NCBI RefSeq assembly: GCF_000142905.1
Contig: NW_013657679.1
Location: 250,657-314,656, forward strand
Source: Thecamonas trahens ATCC 50062
Lineage: Eukaryota > Protista > Apusomonadida
Length of the DNA: 64,000 bases
Reading direction: 5' to 3'
Below, piece by piece: positions 45,531-57,211 of this stretch (positions within the stretch are counted from its first letter, which is position 1; every line of letters begins with the position of its first letter). Under the pieces are notes generated by a model. That model saw nothing but the letters and a program-made list of their open reading frames with translations. It was not told where the DNA came from and did no database searches. Made by a program: the position numbers and the translations under genes.

Positions 45531-48500
45531 CTACGGCTCGGCTTCCACATGTTGCAAAATGGCCTTGGCGGCTTCGTGGAGCTCGACAACATGGCGGACG
45601 TCGTGCGCACCGCCAGTGTCGGCACGGGTCACCAGCTTGCAGTAGCGTACCATCCGGCCGAGATGGCCCGAGTCGGTAAGCAGCTGGCCAAGTTCGGCCT
45701 GCGGCGCGTCCAGCATGAGGAGGAAGAGCTTGAGGACCGAGGCCTCCACAAGGGTGGTGCCCGATGTCTCCAGCCGGGTCAGCTCAGCTTCGATGACCTT
45801 GTGCTTCCGCAGGAGGGCGACGAGCTGCTGGAACATGAGCGGGACTGCCGAGGCCGAGGCGACCACAGTGCGAATAAGACTGATGGCCTCAGCACGGAAC
45901 GGCAGTGTCCAGTTGAACCGCTCAAACGAGGTGCCCGCCACCAGCGCGCCCGAGAGCTGGAAGCATGAGACATTACCGAGGAGGCCAGTGAGGATAAAGG
46001 TCATGATGCCCGAGTGCAGGAGCTGGACGCCGAGCTGCGGCGAGTTGGAGGATAGAAGCGCCCGCCAGAGCGCGAGCCGGAAGGCACGCTCCTCAGCGTA
46101 GAACGTCGGCGCGTGGATCTCGACGGCGTTGAGGTCAAAGGCCGACGCAAGCTGGGCGTACTGGTTCTTAAAGGTGGTGATCGAGAGCGCCACCACGTTG
46201 TAGGTGATGAGCCGGGCAAGAATCCTCGGCTGGCCGGTCGAGACTAGGTCGGCCACAAATGCGTTAAGCTTGACCATCACGGACCGCAGCGGGTGGACCG
46301 AGAGCGGGGAGGCCGCGAGCACCACGTCGGTCTGCCCGTACAGCGAAAGCACCACGTCAAGGACAGAGAGCTCTAGAATGAGATCGGTGAGACCAACTTG
46401 GCCGACAAAGGCAAAGAGGCCGAGAACGGCCCGGAGAAGCCGTATCATCTCATCCAGGCTCTCAGCGTCGACGCTCGAGCCGCCAGTCTGCACTCCAGCC
46501 TGGGCCACCTGGTGGTGGGCGAGGGCCTCGAACCAGAACTGCTGGAAGGCGCGGACAAGGACGGCGATGATGGTCCGGAACGAGGCTTCGTGCCGCGCCA
46601 CATCAGAGGGCCCAGCCACGTAGTACTTGATGTGCTCAAAGAGCGTGTAGCACGGTGTGACGAACTCGTCGATGTCGCCTACCAGGAGGCCTTGCTCCTC
46701 GAGCAGCGCCGCGGCCCGGACAGCAAGCTTGCCTGGCGAGAACGGGAGCTCAGTAGCAACGCCAACCTTGTGCAGCCAGGGGAGAAGCCGCGGCGTGAGC
46801 TCCAGCGCGCGGAGCAAGCCCGGGTTGCCGACTGCAAACACGGCCCGGAACAGACCGAGAACCGGTCCGGTGTAGTGGTCGACGGCCGGGTCGTTGGTGT
46901 TGAGTACGAGGGCGGCGAGGACGGCAAAGATGCTGCACTCGGTGGCGACACCCGACACGGCATAGCCGTCGACAACCAGCTGGTGGACTACACCGACGAC
47001 CTTGATCTTGGTCCGCCAACTCTCGACCCGCGACTTGAGCCGCCGGACGAGCGCGCCAACAACATGCCGCTGCTTGAAGGCGTGCAGCAGGAGCCGGATT
47101 TGCCACGACGAGCCGGCATCGGCTGCGCCTTCGTCAGAGTGTGCAAACTTGGCCGAAATGAGTCCGAGGAAGGTAACCGCCTCGGCGCGAACGTCGGCAT
47201 CGTCGTCGTCGAGGAGGAGGACCACTTTGTCGAGAACGTGAAAGTCGAGCAGGAGCTGAACATGAGATGGGTTGCCGGAGAGGAAAGCAGTACCCATGTG
47301 GACGATGCCGGACCGGCGCTGCCGCCGGGTCTCGCGCCCGGTGAGCGCCAGGTTGCGGACGTTTTCCCCCATGACTGCCAGCGCGGCGTAGTAGTCCCAA
47401 CCGCGGTGTGGAACTGGGGCGCGGGCGTCACCGTCAAACTCGGTCGGTGCGTCGACCACAAACGGAGCCCATTCGCAGAGCGCCAGCGGTGCGCCGCTGG
47501 CAGGCTCGGTGCCAAAGTGGGCCACGATGGTCGAGTGTAGTGTGTTGAAGACGTCGAGGGACCAATGCAGGCCCTCGTCCTCGTAGTAACTCTGCAACTC
47601 GGCCTCCATCGCGGTCCGCCACACAGCGGCGGGCAAAAGCTTGGAGACGGTGGCCGCACCCAGGCGGAAGCCCGTCGCGTTTGTGGCCTGCCTGGCAGCT
47701 ACAACGTCGGCCTGATCGTCGAGCGCGCCGTCCTTCTCCAGCGCCGCCAGCTCGTCGACAAGCTCGTCGTAGGTAATCTCGGCGTTGCTGTCCGACGCCC
47801 GCGACGCCCAGGCACCGCCAGTGCCTGTGCCCTGGGCCACCTTGGGCAGGTACCCGTGGCTAACGTCAACACCCATGAGCGAGAGCCCGCGCTCCGCGAG
47901 GCTCAGCTCGGGACCACCAGCACCGGCACGCTCGACAACATAGTCTTCGAGAGCCGACGATGCAAAGCTCGCCTCCTTGCCAACATAGAGGCGGACAAGG
48001 TTATTGACCAGAATGTTGGTGTAGTCGCGCATGCCTGGTGCGCCAATGCAGCGAGCAAGAAACGCTGCGAGCTCGGCGAGCAGGGCCGGGTCGCGGGTGC
48101 CCGAGGTGTGGCGGAGACAGAGAATGCCGAGTGCGTCAACAACACCTGACGTCATGATCTCGTGGATGAGGAGCGCAGCCTGATCCGGCGGCATGGTCCC
48201 GCCGCCCGGAGCCAGTGACTCGGCGCCGGTGGTGCTGGATGCCCGACCGATCGACCTGCCGGCCGACGACGGAGTGGCCGGGCGAGCATCGAGCTCGCCG
48301 TCGACGCCCGGGTCGAGAAACGCGACCACATGTTCGATGTAGCCCAACTGGAGCGAGAACAGCGTTGTGTCGAGCTGGCCGGCACGGGACACAGCCGAGT
48401 CCAAAACCCGGATGCGGTTCCAAAGGTCGTGCTCCACAAGCAGCTCAAAGTCCTGGTTCTCCATGTAGCGCGAGGCCGCAAAGCGGGCGCGGGCCAGCGG

Positions 48501-51500
48501 GCCGTTGGTCGACGAGCCGGCACCGATGCCGCGCGGCGTGCGGGCCGCAAACAGCGGCGTGCTCAGCAGCTGCTGCGGCGTCGGCCGCATTTGCGGATCC
48601 GGGTGGAGGCAGAGCGCAATGACTTGCAGCAGCTGGGTACCAAGCGATTCGGCCTCGGAGCCGCGCGGGGCAGCGAGCCGAAACTCCGAAGCCCGAGCCA
48701 CCGACGGTGATGGGTCGCCGTCCTTGACTTGCGAGACAAGCACGGCCTCGCCAGATGAGCCGATGGCTCCACGAACTTCGGGCTCGTCGTGAGGTGCAGA
48801 GCCGGAGTCAGAGCCAAGATCTGCACCGGTCGCACTCGGGGTACGGACGTAGGGCAGACCGATGAACGGGTCGTAGTACTCTACTGGTGTTCCGCGCGCA
48901 CTCGACGCCAGGCCATACGCCGGCGGTGGCCGCCCGAGCAACATGTGATAGAGAAGAGCACCGAGGCAGAAGACGTCGTACTGCGGCGAGAGCGCAGCAA
49001 TGCCATCAAAGTGCTCCGGCGGCAGGTAAGGGTTTGAGCGCGCGTTGAGATCCGGTGAGAGGGTCGGTGCGGTGACAACTGACCAGCCGGTAGCGTCGTC
49101 GGCGGCAGTGGTAAGCTGAACCATGTCGCCGAGCGAAGCCAGGACAACCGAGTCACCACCAGGAGCCACGAACACTGAGTTGGGGTTGATGTTGCGAACG
49201 ATGACGCCCATGCTGGCGGTGGCGGCCAGGAGCGATGCGAGCTGCGCGCCCCAGAGGGCCACAATGCTCCACTGCGAGGGCGCGCCAAGGAAGCAGCACC
49301 GCTCAAAGACGAGTGTGAGCGGGGTGTAGTCGGCAAGGCGGTCAAAGGCGACGAGGCGCTCGCGGAGCCGCGACCCGCCGTCGGCGCCGGCCCCTGTCCC
49401 GCGCGACGACAGCGCCGACGAGAGGACCGAGCCAGTCGAGTCACCCCCTGTCTCAGCGTAGTCTCCGTGTGCTTGCGCCAAGATAGGATGGAGGAAAAGC
49501 GAGCGATGGACGGCCAGCTCGGCATCGATCTGGTCCGAGAGCGAGAGCGGACGACCATGAAGGCCCACGCCGACAACGGTGCGGAGCGAGACGAGGTCAA
49601 AGATGCTGACGGCGACAGGACGCTCAAAGCGGCCAGTACCGTTGTCGTCTGAGTAGAGCATGCCGGCGTAGAACGTCCTCGGAGACTCGCGAGTGAAGAC
49701 GGTGGGCGAGGTCGTAGTCGAGGCCGGCAATGACGGTGTTGTCGAAAGCAAACTGCGAGCGCTCGCGGGCAGCCTGCGAGGTGGCTCGCGAGCCGGCAGG
49801 CTCGGGATGGAGAGAAGCAGCAAAGCGCTTTGCGAGAGATGTAAGCTGGAACGCACCGAGACGTGATTGCTGGAGGTTCTTGAGGCGCAGAAGCGCGGCG
49901 TAGAGCCGAGATGTCTCGCGGAGCCAGAGATGGTAGCGGACGTCGAGTGGATGGCGGGCGAGGCCGCGGGGAATAGTCTCGTCGGAGCCCTGCGAGCCGG
50001 CGGCAAAGAGCGAGGCGAGGCGCTCGAGAAAGGTGACAACGCGCGAGAGTGGATCGCTGTGATGGAGCACAATTTGCAGTGCGGTGTCGCCGACGCAGAG
50101 GTTGGCGGTGAGCTCCTCGTGGAACGGGCCAGGGCCAACAAAGACCTCGCGGGTGAGCTCGGCCACAAACGTCAGCTCCATCGACTCGATCCAGGCCAGA
50201 AAGTTGTTTGCAGTCCGGAGGGCGAGCGGGAGCTTAAAGTGGAGCCGCAGAAGCGCGTAGACCTCCTGAACAGAAAGCCCACCACCATGGATAAACTGAG
50301 CCAGTCCCTCGGGATACCACTCGCGCGAAGGGAAGCGGAGGGCGAGGTCGTGAGCAGTGGAGATGTGGGCGTGCGACGGCGGATCGGCCACGTGAGGGCG
50401 AAGGAGGATGGCTTGCTTGATGAGCTGTTGAAAGTGGGTGCCCTGAGTCTCAAACGCAGTCGTCTGCTGCGTGAGGCGGGCAAGGGCCTTGTCTGCAGCT
50501 TCGCGGTGAGCAGCCTGCCTCGAGGTCCAGGCAGTCATGGCTGCCGCCTCGATGGTGGCGTACTTTTTCTCCGAGAGAGCAAGGCCAAAGTCGGCAACCT
50601 TGACCAGCATTGTTGTGCGCTTGACGAGCCAGGTCGAGACGACAAGCTCTGTGTCTGAGACAGCGTAGACGCCGCAAAGAAGCTCGTCGGTGTCAGCCGA
50701 GTCGGAACCGCCGAGAGAAGCAAGGTCAAAGGCGCCCTCGGGATACGAGGCGTCAAACGATGGCACAATGTCGGCAGCCGCAGAGGCCTTGACTGCAGCT
50801 GTGGTCGCGGGACCAGTGCGGGCGCCTCCGAGCGTCATACCGTAGAGAGCGTGGATGGGCAGAGTCGACGGCGCAACGGACCGCGCATGCTGGAAGCGGG
50901 CAGGGCCCTTAACGGGCTGAGGGGGCTCAGGCAGCGATCCGGTCGCCAGTAGGGTGTGCAGGTCGACGTCGGACGAGGTTCGCTTGAAAACGGCAACTTC
51001 TGCAGGATCCAGCAGCGCGTGCGATGACATGTCGGTGAGGGGCCAGAAATGTCGACAGACGACGGCGAGCGAAACGGGCCGCCGGAATTGAGCGGCGCGA
51101 GCTGGGCGGCCGAAAGCGGTGAGTCGAGACCTAAAACGGGACCGCTTGCCGATGCAGCCGGGAAGTTGTTCTCGTTGCGGCCTGGACTCGAGTCGCGGTC
51201 AGACGGCGGGGCCGACATTGCGCCCATGTCGGCGGTCTCCACTTTGCCGCCGACCTGCATCTCGCGCAAGTACTTGACGACAAGCTTGTCCTCGGGCGGG
51301 GGCGGAATGAAAAACTCAGGGTCGGCGTCGTGGACGTGCAGTGCGCCGCTGAGGGCTGCAGAGGCAAGGACGTTCGAGCCGGGCAGGAAGTGAGCGGTGG
51401 TAATGGCACCGTAGCCACCAGGAAGGGTGTGCGACGGGCCGAGCTTGGGGACGTCGTCGGGGTGGAGCGGCGGTTCTGTGAGGGCGGCGACGACGGTCTC

Positions 51501-53408
51501 GATGGCGTCGACAGGCCAGAGCGAGGTGAACGATGACTGCCAGCCGTCCATACCAAGGGCAATGACCTCGAGGCCCGGAAGGTAGACCATGCGCGGCTTG
51601 CGGACCGAGGCGTCTGCAGCGAGCGAGGCGACGACGGCCGAGAGCGCAAACGAGTAGACCTGCGCGGCGGACGAGCGACTGGAAGTGTAGACGAGAAGCA
51701 TCGACTTGGAGAGGTAGATAAGATCGCCAACAATGGCGGGCTGGGAGAGCCCAAGCTGCTGCTTGGAGACCGAGTGGATGACTGAGCCAGTAATAGGCTC
51801 GATAAAGTGGACCATGCTGTCGACGGCCGAGGTGTTGACAACGATGACGCCGGCGTCGACATCTAGCGACAGGACGCCGACGTCCGGAAGGGTGGTCCCG
51901 GGGCGGAGCGGAACCGGGGCGAGGGTGTCAAAGTTGGCGTGGCCAACGTTGTACGCGCCGAGCGAGCCGTCAAAAGCAAGGGCAAAGACTCGCGAGGCAG
52001 CGTCGTCGACGGCAAGCGAGTGAATGGCCGAGCCGCCGAGGTCGGGCTCAAAACGAAAGACTTCGGCCCCCGTGAGGACCGAGTACTCGACGATAGTGGT
52101 GTGGGTGGCGGCGATGACGCGGCCGACGTGCGAGGCGGTGACGACGCGACGAAAGCGGTCATCGCTGCCGGAAAGGGCGAGGCGGATAGAGCGGACGTGG
52201 CCAGTGGAGATGACTGGCTTGGGCACGAGCTTGGCACGGAACTTCGTGGCCTCTTCCTGAGCCTTCTTCCTCCGCATGCGCTGCTTGCGGAGACGGATAC
52301 GACGGAGACGCTTTCTGCGGGCTATCCGCTTCTTCTTTTCCAGCGGCGAGATGTAGCGGCGCTTACGCGAACTGCTCTTGCTCCGCTTGCTCCGCCTGCC
52401 GCCCTTGCTCCGCTTGCTCCGCTTGCGGCCCTTGGCGCTCTTGCCGGGCGTCGACCGCTTCCGCAAACCCGCATTTTTCCTCCGCCGCTTTCGCGAGGAT
52501 CGCTTCGTGTTGGCCTTGCTTAACGGCTTTCGTGCCGGTGACGGCGATGCCGCCGGCGACTTCCGGACGCGACGGCGACGTTTGGGCGACAATTGCTTGG
52601 CGGCCTCTGCATCAGCCGGGGCCTCACCTGGTGTCTGGATGCGGACCTGCGGCACATTGATGACGACGGGATCGGTCGGCGTAAGTTTGGCGTGCTTTGG
52701 CTTGGGCGTGGGTGCTTGCTTGCGTCTGGGCTTTGGGGCTGGGGTGGAGGTGGAGGCGGAGGCGGAGGGTGGGGCCTTGGACTGGGGGGGTGGGGCTCCC
52801 GCCTTGGGTGTGGGCTTGGGCGTGGGCTCGGGCTCGGGCTCGGGCTCAGGCTCGGACTCGGGCTCGGGCTCGGGCTCGGGCTCGGACTCGGGCTCGGGCT
52901 CGGGCTTGGGTTCGGGCTCGGACTCGGGCTCGGGCTCGGGCTCGGGCTCAGGCTCGGGCTGGACTGACGGCGCAGGCTTGGGATCCGCACCGTAGTCTTC
53001 GGAGGAAAGATCGATGTCTACCGAAGACGAATCAGATGCATCCAAAGGGCCTGACGCAGGCTGGGCAGTGTTGCGGGGCGAGACCATGGCACTGCTTGAT
53101 GCTGAGTTGACGGCCGGGTCGACGGTCGAGCCGACGGCCGAGTCGAACACTGGGTCGATGGTTGGGGCAGCGGTTTGCGGTTGACGAGAACTAGCACCAC
53201 CTGCAGGACCAGCCGAGCCTGAGCTACCACCTGAGACTCGGCCGGGCTTGCCGCCAGTGGCGGAGCTGGCCTTGCCTGTGGATGAGTCCTGCTTGAGCCA
53301 CTTGGAGACCTTTGTGGGCGCAAGCGAACGGGCAGACCTCTTGGTGACGGCGTCGTCGCCATCCCCGGATGATGACGACGATAACACGATATGTGCTACG
53401 TCTGCCAT
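45531..53408 (-). CDS. Giant (~2600 aa) protein: PE-repeat/basic N-terminus, beta-propeller-like region, helical region, pseudokinase, ARM/HEAT repeats; frame breaks near 51040 (-1) and 49705 (+1)
   Basis: Three overlapping ORFs (50835..53591, 49624..51030, 45531..50168) join at C runs. Kinase-like motifs [34 protein letters not shown] and [11 protein letters not shown]. It could instead be 2-3 separate genes. Confidence 0.6.
52825..52960. repeat. Hexamer tandem repeat (GGCTCG)n encoding a (Pro-Glu)n tract on the minus strand
   Basis: About 22 directly visible copies with GACTCG, GGCTCA and GGCTTG variants. Confidence 0.95.
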
Positions 53409-53731
53409 GTCACACAACTCGTTCTCGGTCGCAACGAAAGCTGATGAGTGCAGTGTCGGACTGAGGAGGGTGGGTGGGGAGCGAGGCAAGGAGCCATAGG
53501 CCAACGGTCGGTGGCCAAAGCCCAACGGAAGCAACGATGAAATGATCGATGAAAATGCCAACGAACAGAGGAACGAACAAACGACATTCAAAAGTATTGA
53601 ATGCTGCCGGCGCCACTTTCGGCGTTGGCGCGCACCCGGCCCAACTCCTTCGCCTTACATACACCGCCACCACCGACAACAGCAGCACTTGTCGTACCAC
53701 TCTGCCACGGGCGACAGCTGCAATAGCTGAC

Positions 53732-56059
53732 ATGTCGACCACAGGTGGGACGCCTGTAGACAGGAGAGAGCGGGAGGTCTCGCCCGAGGCGGCTCCGCTG
53801 GCGGCGGTCGTGTCGGAGCTCGACCTGGAGACGGTGACCATGGAGGAGCTGGAGGCTCTGGCAGGAACGGTCGGTGGCATTCCGCTCGAGATGTCGTTCT
53901 CGCGCTCGCCATCGAGCGCACTGACGGCAACGCCGAGCTCGTCGCGGTCGGCTAGCTCGTCGAGATCGCCATCGCTCTCGGTCACACCGAGGGTGGACGA
54001 GGCCCAGATCCGCGGCGGCGCGCTCGGGCATCAGTTTGCGCTGCTTGAGGCTGCGGTCCGCGAGAAGGACGCCATGCTTGCCAACATTGGCAAGCAACAT
54101 CTGCTCGAGCTCAAGGTGCTGCAGGACCAGGTCCGTGCGCTCATGCGTGAGCGAGGCGAGCTGGAGAGCAGGATCGACAGTGCCGATCGCAGGCACGCTG
54201 CGGCGCTCCGGGCGGAGCGACGCAAGGCCGACGCGGCCGTCGGGGCACTCCGCGAACAGCTTGCGGCTCTTGAGGAGCGTGCGCCGGTGGTGGCGTCGCG
54301 GATGGCGCTCTCGACCGCCGACATTGCCACGCTTCGCGTTCCAACCGACGCCCAGTATGCCAAGCTGTCGCGGACGCCGGCGTCGCGGCGGTCGATCAAG
54401 GCCCAGCTGGCGGTCAAGGTCTATGAGCTGACCGAAGCCATCCGTGCCGACGCGGTTGCAGCCGACACCCGGTTGCATGCCCTCGACGACACGGTCGAGT
54501 CGGCCAAGGCCAACGTGGTGCGGCTGACTCGCGAGCGCGATGCGCTCACCACCAAGGTCGCCCATCTCGAGTCGGAGCTGGCCGCGACGTCGTCGATGGC
54601 GGCCAAAGATGCCGCACTTCTCTCGTCGCGGCTCTCGGTCGCCCGCGAGGAGTTGGCAGCTGTGAAGGAGGCGTCGGCTGCCGCGCTCTCGGCCCGGTCC
54701 GAGCTCGATACGGCCCGATCGCAGTCGGCGCGATACCGGGCGCAGATCGAGGACCTCACCGCCCGGCTTCGGGCCGAGGAGGGCGCACGAGCGCAGGCGG
54801 CAGCCAAGGCTGGTACTCTCGAGTCAGAAAACAAGGTGCTCTCGTCGTCGCTAGCGCATGTCAAGGACGAGCTCGCGTCTCTGCGGCAGTCGTCAGGCGA
54901 GGCCGGCGCGGCACTGCAGACTGCGCTGTCGCAGAATGCGGCGCTCAAGGCCGATCAGGATCGTCTGTATGCCAAGTTTCTGGAGTTCAAGTCGCACTCG
55001 GACACACTCTCCGACGGCCGGCTCGCCGAACTGGTGGGCCTCTTTCAACGCAACACGGCGGCGACGCACGCATCGGTCACTGACGCCACGTCGTCCGCAT
55101 ACGAGCGCGAGCTCTCGCTCCTCCGCGAGGCGCGAGCCGAAGCCGCCGACCAGGTCCGATATCTCAAGACCAAACTTGAGGCTGCCGAAGCCGCGCACAC
55201 CACGCTGCTCGGCGAGTACCAGAGCCTTCAGCTCTCGATCACGTCGTCGGCCGCGCAGCAGGCGTCCGAGGTGACAACCAAGACCATCGAGCTCGAGCGA
55301 CTGCAGGTCGCGCACAAAGCGCTGACCGAGGCACATGCCCGACTCGGCATTCAGCACGATGCACTGCTGCAAAAGCTCGACATTGTGCGGGCCGAGTACG
55401 CGTCGCTCACCGAGAGCTCCGAGGCCAGGACAAGCGAGCTCTCGCAGCAGGTCGCCAACTTGCAGCTGGCGCTTGCTGCCGTTCCGCAGTGGACCGAGGC
55501 TGATCCCGGACGTGCGGGCAACTTGCTCGATGCCCACGCCGCGGCGCAGGCCGAGCTCAAGACCGCGTCGGCCAAGATTGCCGAGCTCGAGGCTCAGCTC
55601 GCTGCCACGCGGGTCCGCCTCGACGACTCGCTGGCCTTCCAAGCCGCCGCCAAGCAGCCGTACGCGTACGTTGTCCAGAGCCTGCTTGACAAAGACGCCG
55701 AGCTTGCAGATGCGCAGCGTGCGCTGGAGGCCGCTGCCGCCGACGCCGCCGCCGCCGCCAAGGCCAACGCGCGGCTGGAGGCCGAGAAGGAGCGGCTCTC
55801 GCGCGACCTGGTCAAACTACTGGAATCGCGCAAGGACATGGCCGCGCTGCGGACCATGGTCGCCTCGCTCAAGGACGACGCCACCCGCGCGCGCCGCGCG
55901 CCGCTCGCTGATGTCACCAGCAACTCCCAGTCGCCGCCGATGCGCGGCCCTGCCATCAGCTCTCAAGCGGCCACTGGCCCTGCCTCGCGACCGCGCCCGG
56001 CTGCCTCGGCCAAGCGTGCCAGCAACGGTGGCGGCGGCTTGATTGTCATGCAAATGTGA
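53732..56059 (+). CDS. PIBF1: PIBF1/CEP90-like centriolar coiled-coil protein
   Basis: TDAQYAKLSRTP..RRSIKAQLAVKVYEL, YERELSLLREAR and QPYAYVVQSLLDKD correspond to remembered PIBF1 blocks (EEQY.KLK..PE..LSI.EYV..RFYE, YERENRNLREAR, QPY.YLIES...RD). Confidence 0.75.
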   Translation: MSTTGGTPVDRREREVSPEAAPLAAVVSELDLETVTMEELEALAGTVGGIPLEMSFSRSPSSALTATPSSSRSASSSRSPSLSVTPRVDEAQIRGGALGHQFALLEAAVREKDAMLANIGKQHLLELKVLQDQVRALMRERGELESRIDSADRRHAAALRAERRKADAAVGALREQLAALEERAPVVASRMALSTADIATLRVPTDAQYAKLSRTPASRRSIKAQLAVKVYELTEAIRADAVAADTRLHALDDTVESAKANVVRLTRERDALTTKVAHLESELAATSSMAAKDAALLSSRLSVAREELAAVKEASAAALSARSELDTARSQSARYRAQIEDLTARLRAEEGARAQAAAKAGTLESENKVLSSSLAHVKDELASLRQSSGEAGAALQTALSQNAALKADQDRLYAKFLEFKSHSDTLSDGRLAELVGLFQRNTAATHASVTDATSSAYERELSLLREARAEAADQVRYLKTKLEAAEAAHTTLLGEYQSLQLSITSSAAQQASEVTTKTIELERLQVAHKALTEAHARLGIQHDALLQKLDIVRAEYASLTESSEARTSELSQQVANLQLALAAVPQWTEADPGRAGNLLDAHAAAQAELKTASAKIAELEAQLAATRVRLDDSLAFQAAAKQPYAYVVQSLLDKDAELADAQRALEAAAADAAAAAKANARLEAEKERLSRDLVKLLESRKDMAALRTMVASLKDDATRARRAPLADVTSNSQSPPMRGPAISSQAATGPASRPRPAASAKRASNGGGGLIVMQM

Positions 56060-56199
56060 GGAATGACCACGCAGTCGGTCCGCGGCAGTTTCAGTCTGCC
56101 AGTGACCACCACAAAGTGTGCAAAAAGGCGCAGGCGTACGCAGGCTCCTACGCCTCTGAAACCGGTCACACGTTTCTCGACTAACAACAAAAGACAATC

Positions 56200-57083
56200 A
56201 TGGCTGGCAAGGGTGGCAAGGGCAAGGGCGGCCGCGGAGGTACGCAAGCCGTCTCCCCTCTGTTCTCCCGCCTCCCCCCCCCCCCCCCCCCCACCTTCCC
56301 CCTCTCCTTCATGCTTCCCCCTGCCTTCCCACCCCCTCCCATGCCCATACCCACCACCGCCAATCCCCCCCCACCCGCCTTTCCGCCGCCCCTTTGAATC
56401 TACCCAACGCCGCGCGCGCCCTCTCCCAGCCCCCCCACCCGCCCACCCATCCACCCACCTCCTCTTCCCCTTCTTCACTCTTCCCCCCTCTATCACCTCC
56501 CTCCCAGCCCCTTCTCCTCCTCCTCCTCCCCCTCTGTCCTCCCTTCCTCTTTTATGTATCCACCCCTGTTGCCCTCCTTCGCACTCGCCCCAGCGATCGA
56601 TGCTGTCATGCACCCGTGGATTCTACCGATTTTTCAGCGCACCCCGACAACGAGGGGAGATATTTTTCAGGCACACTCACCATCATCATCTTTGTCTTGA
56701 CGCTCGCAGGCAAGTCCAAGTCGCGCACGCGCTCCTCGCGCGCCGGGCTTCAGTTCCCGGTTGGCCGTATCCATCGGTTCCTCAAGGAGGGCCGCTACGG
56801 CAAGCGCATCGGCTCGGGTGCTCCGGTCTACCTCGCTGCTGTCCTCGAGTACCTCGCGGCCGAGATCCTCGAGCTCGCTGGCAACGCTGCCCGCGACAAC
56901 CGTCGTGCGCGCATCAACCCGCGCCACATCCAGCTCGCCATCCGCAATGATGAGGAGCTGAACATGCTGCTCAAGGATGTCTCGATCGCCCAGGGTGGTG
57001 TCCTCCCCAACATCCACGCCGTCCTCCTCCCCAACAAGGCCAAGGGCAAGCGCAAGGGCTCGTCGCAGTCGCAGGAGTACTAA
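56200..57083 (+). CDS. H2AX: Histone H2A.X; exons 56200-56239 and 56710-57083
   Basis: [44 protein letters not shown]2A core and C-terminal SQEY motif. Intron is GTACG...CAG. Confidence 0.97.
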
Positions 57084-57211
57084 CTCTCCCCGATTGTGCA
57101 CACTCGAGCACGCTGGAGCCTGTGACGGCCCTTCGAGGCTCGCGCCCACTAAACACAGTTACCCTTTTCCGCGCACCCGCCACCCGAGCTCTTTCCACGG
57201 CACAAGGCCAT

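Noticed and set aside
52825-52960. Tandem repeat considered as a CRISPR array or telomere-like repeat
   Set aside because: No spacers; it is an in-frame hexamer coding repeat for (PE)n.
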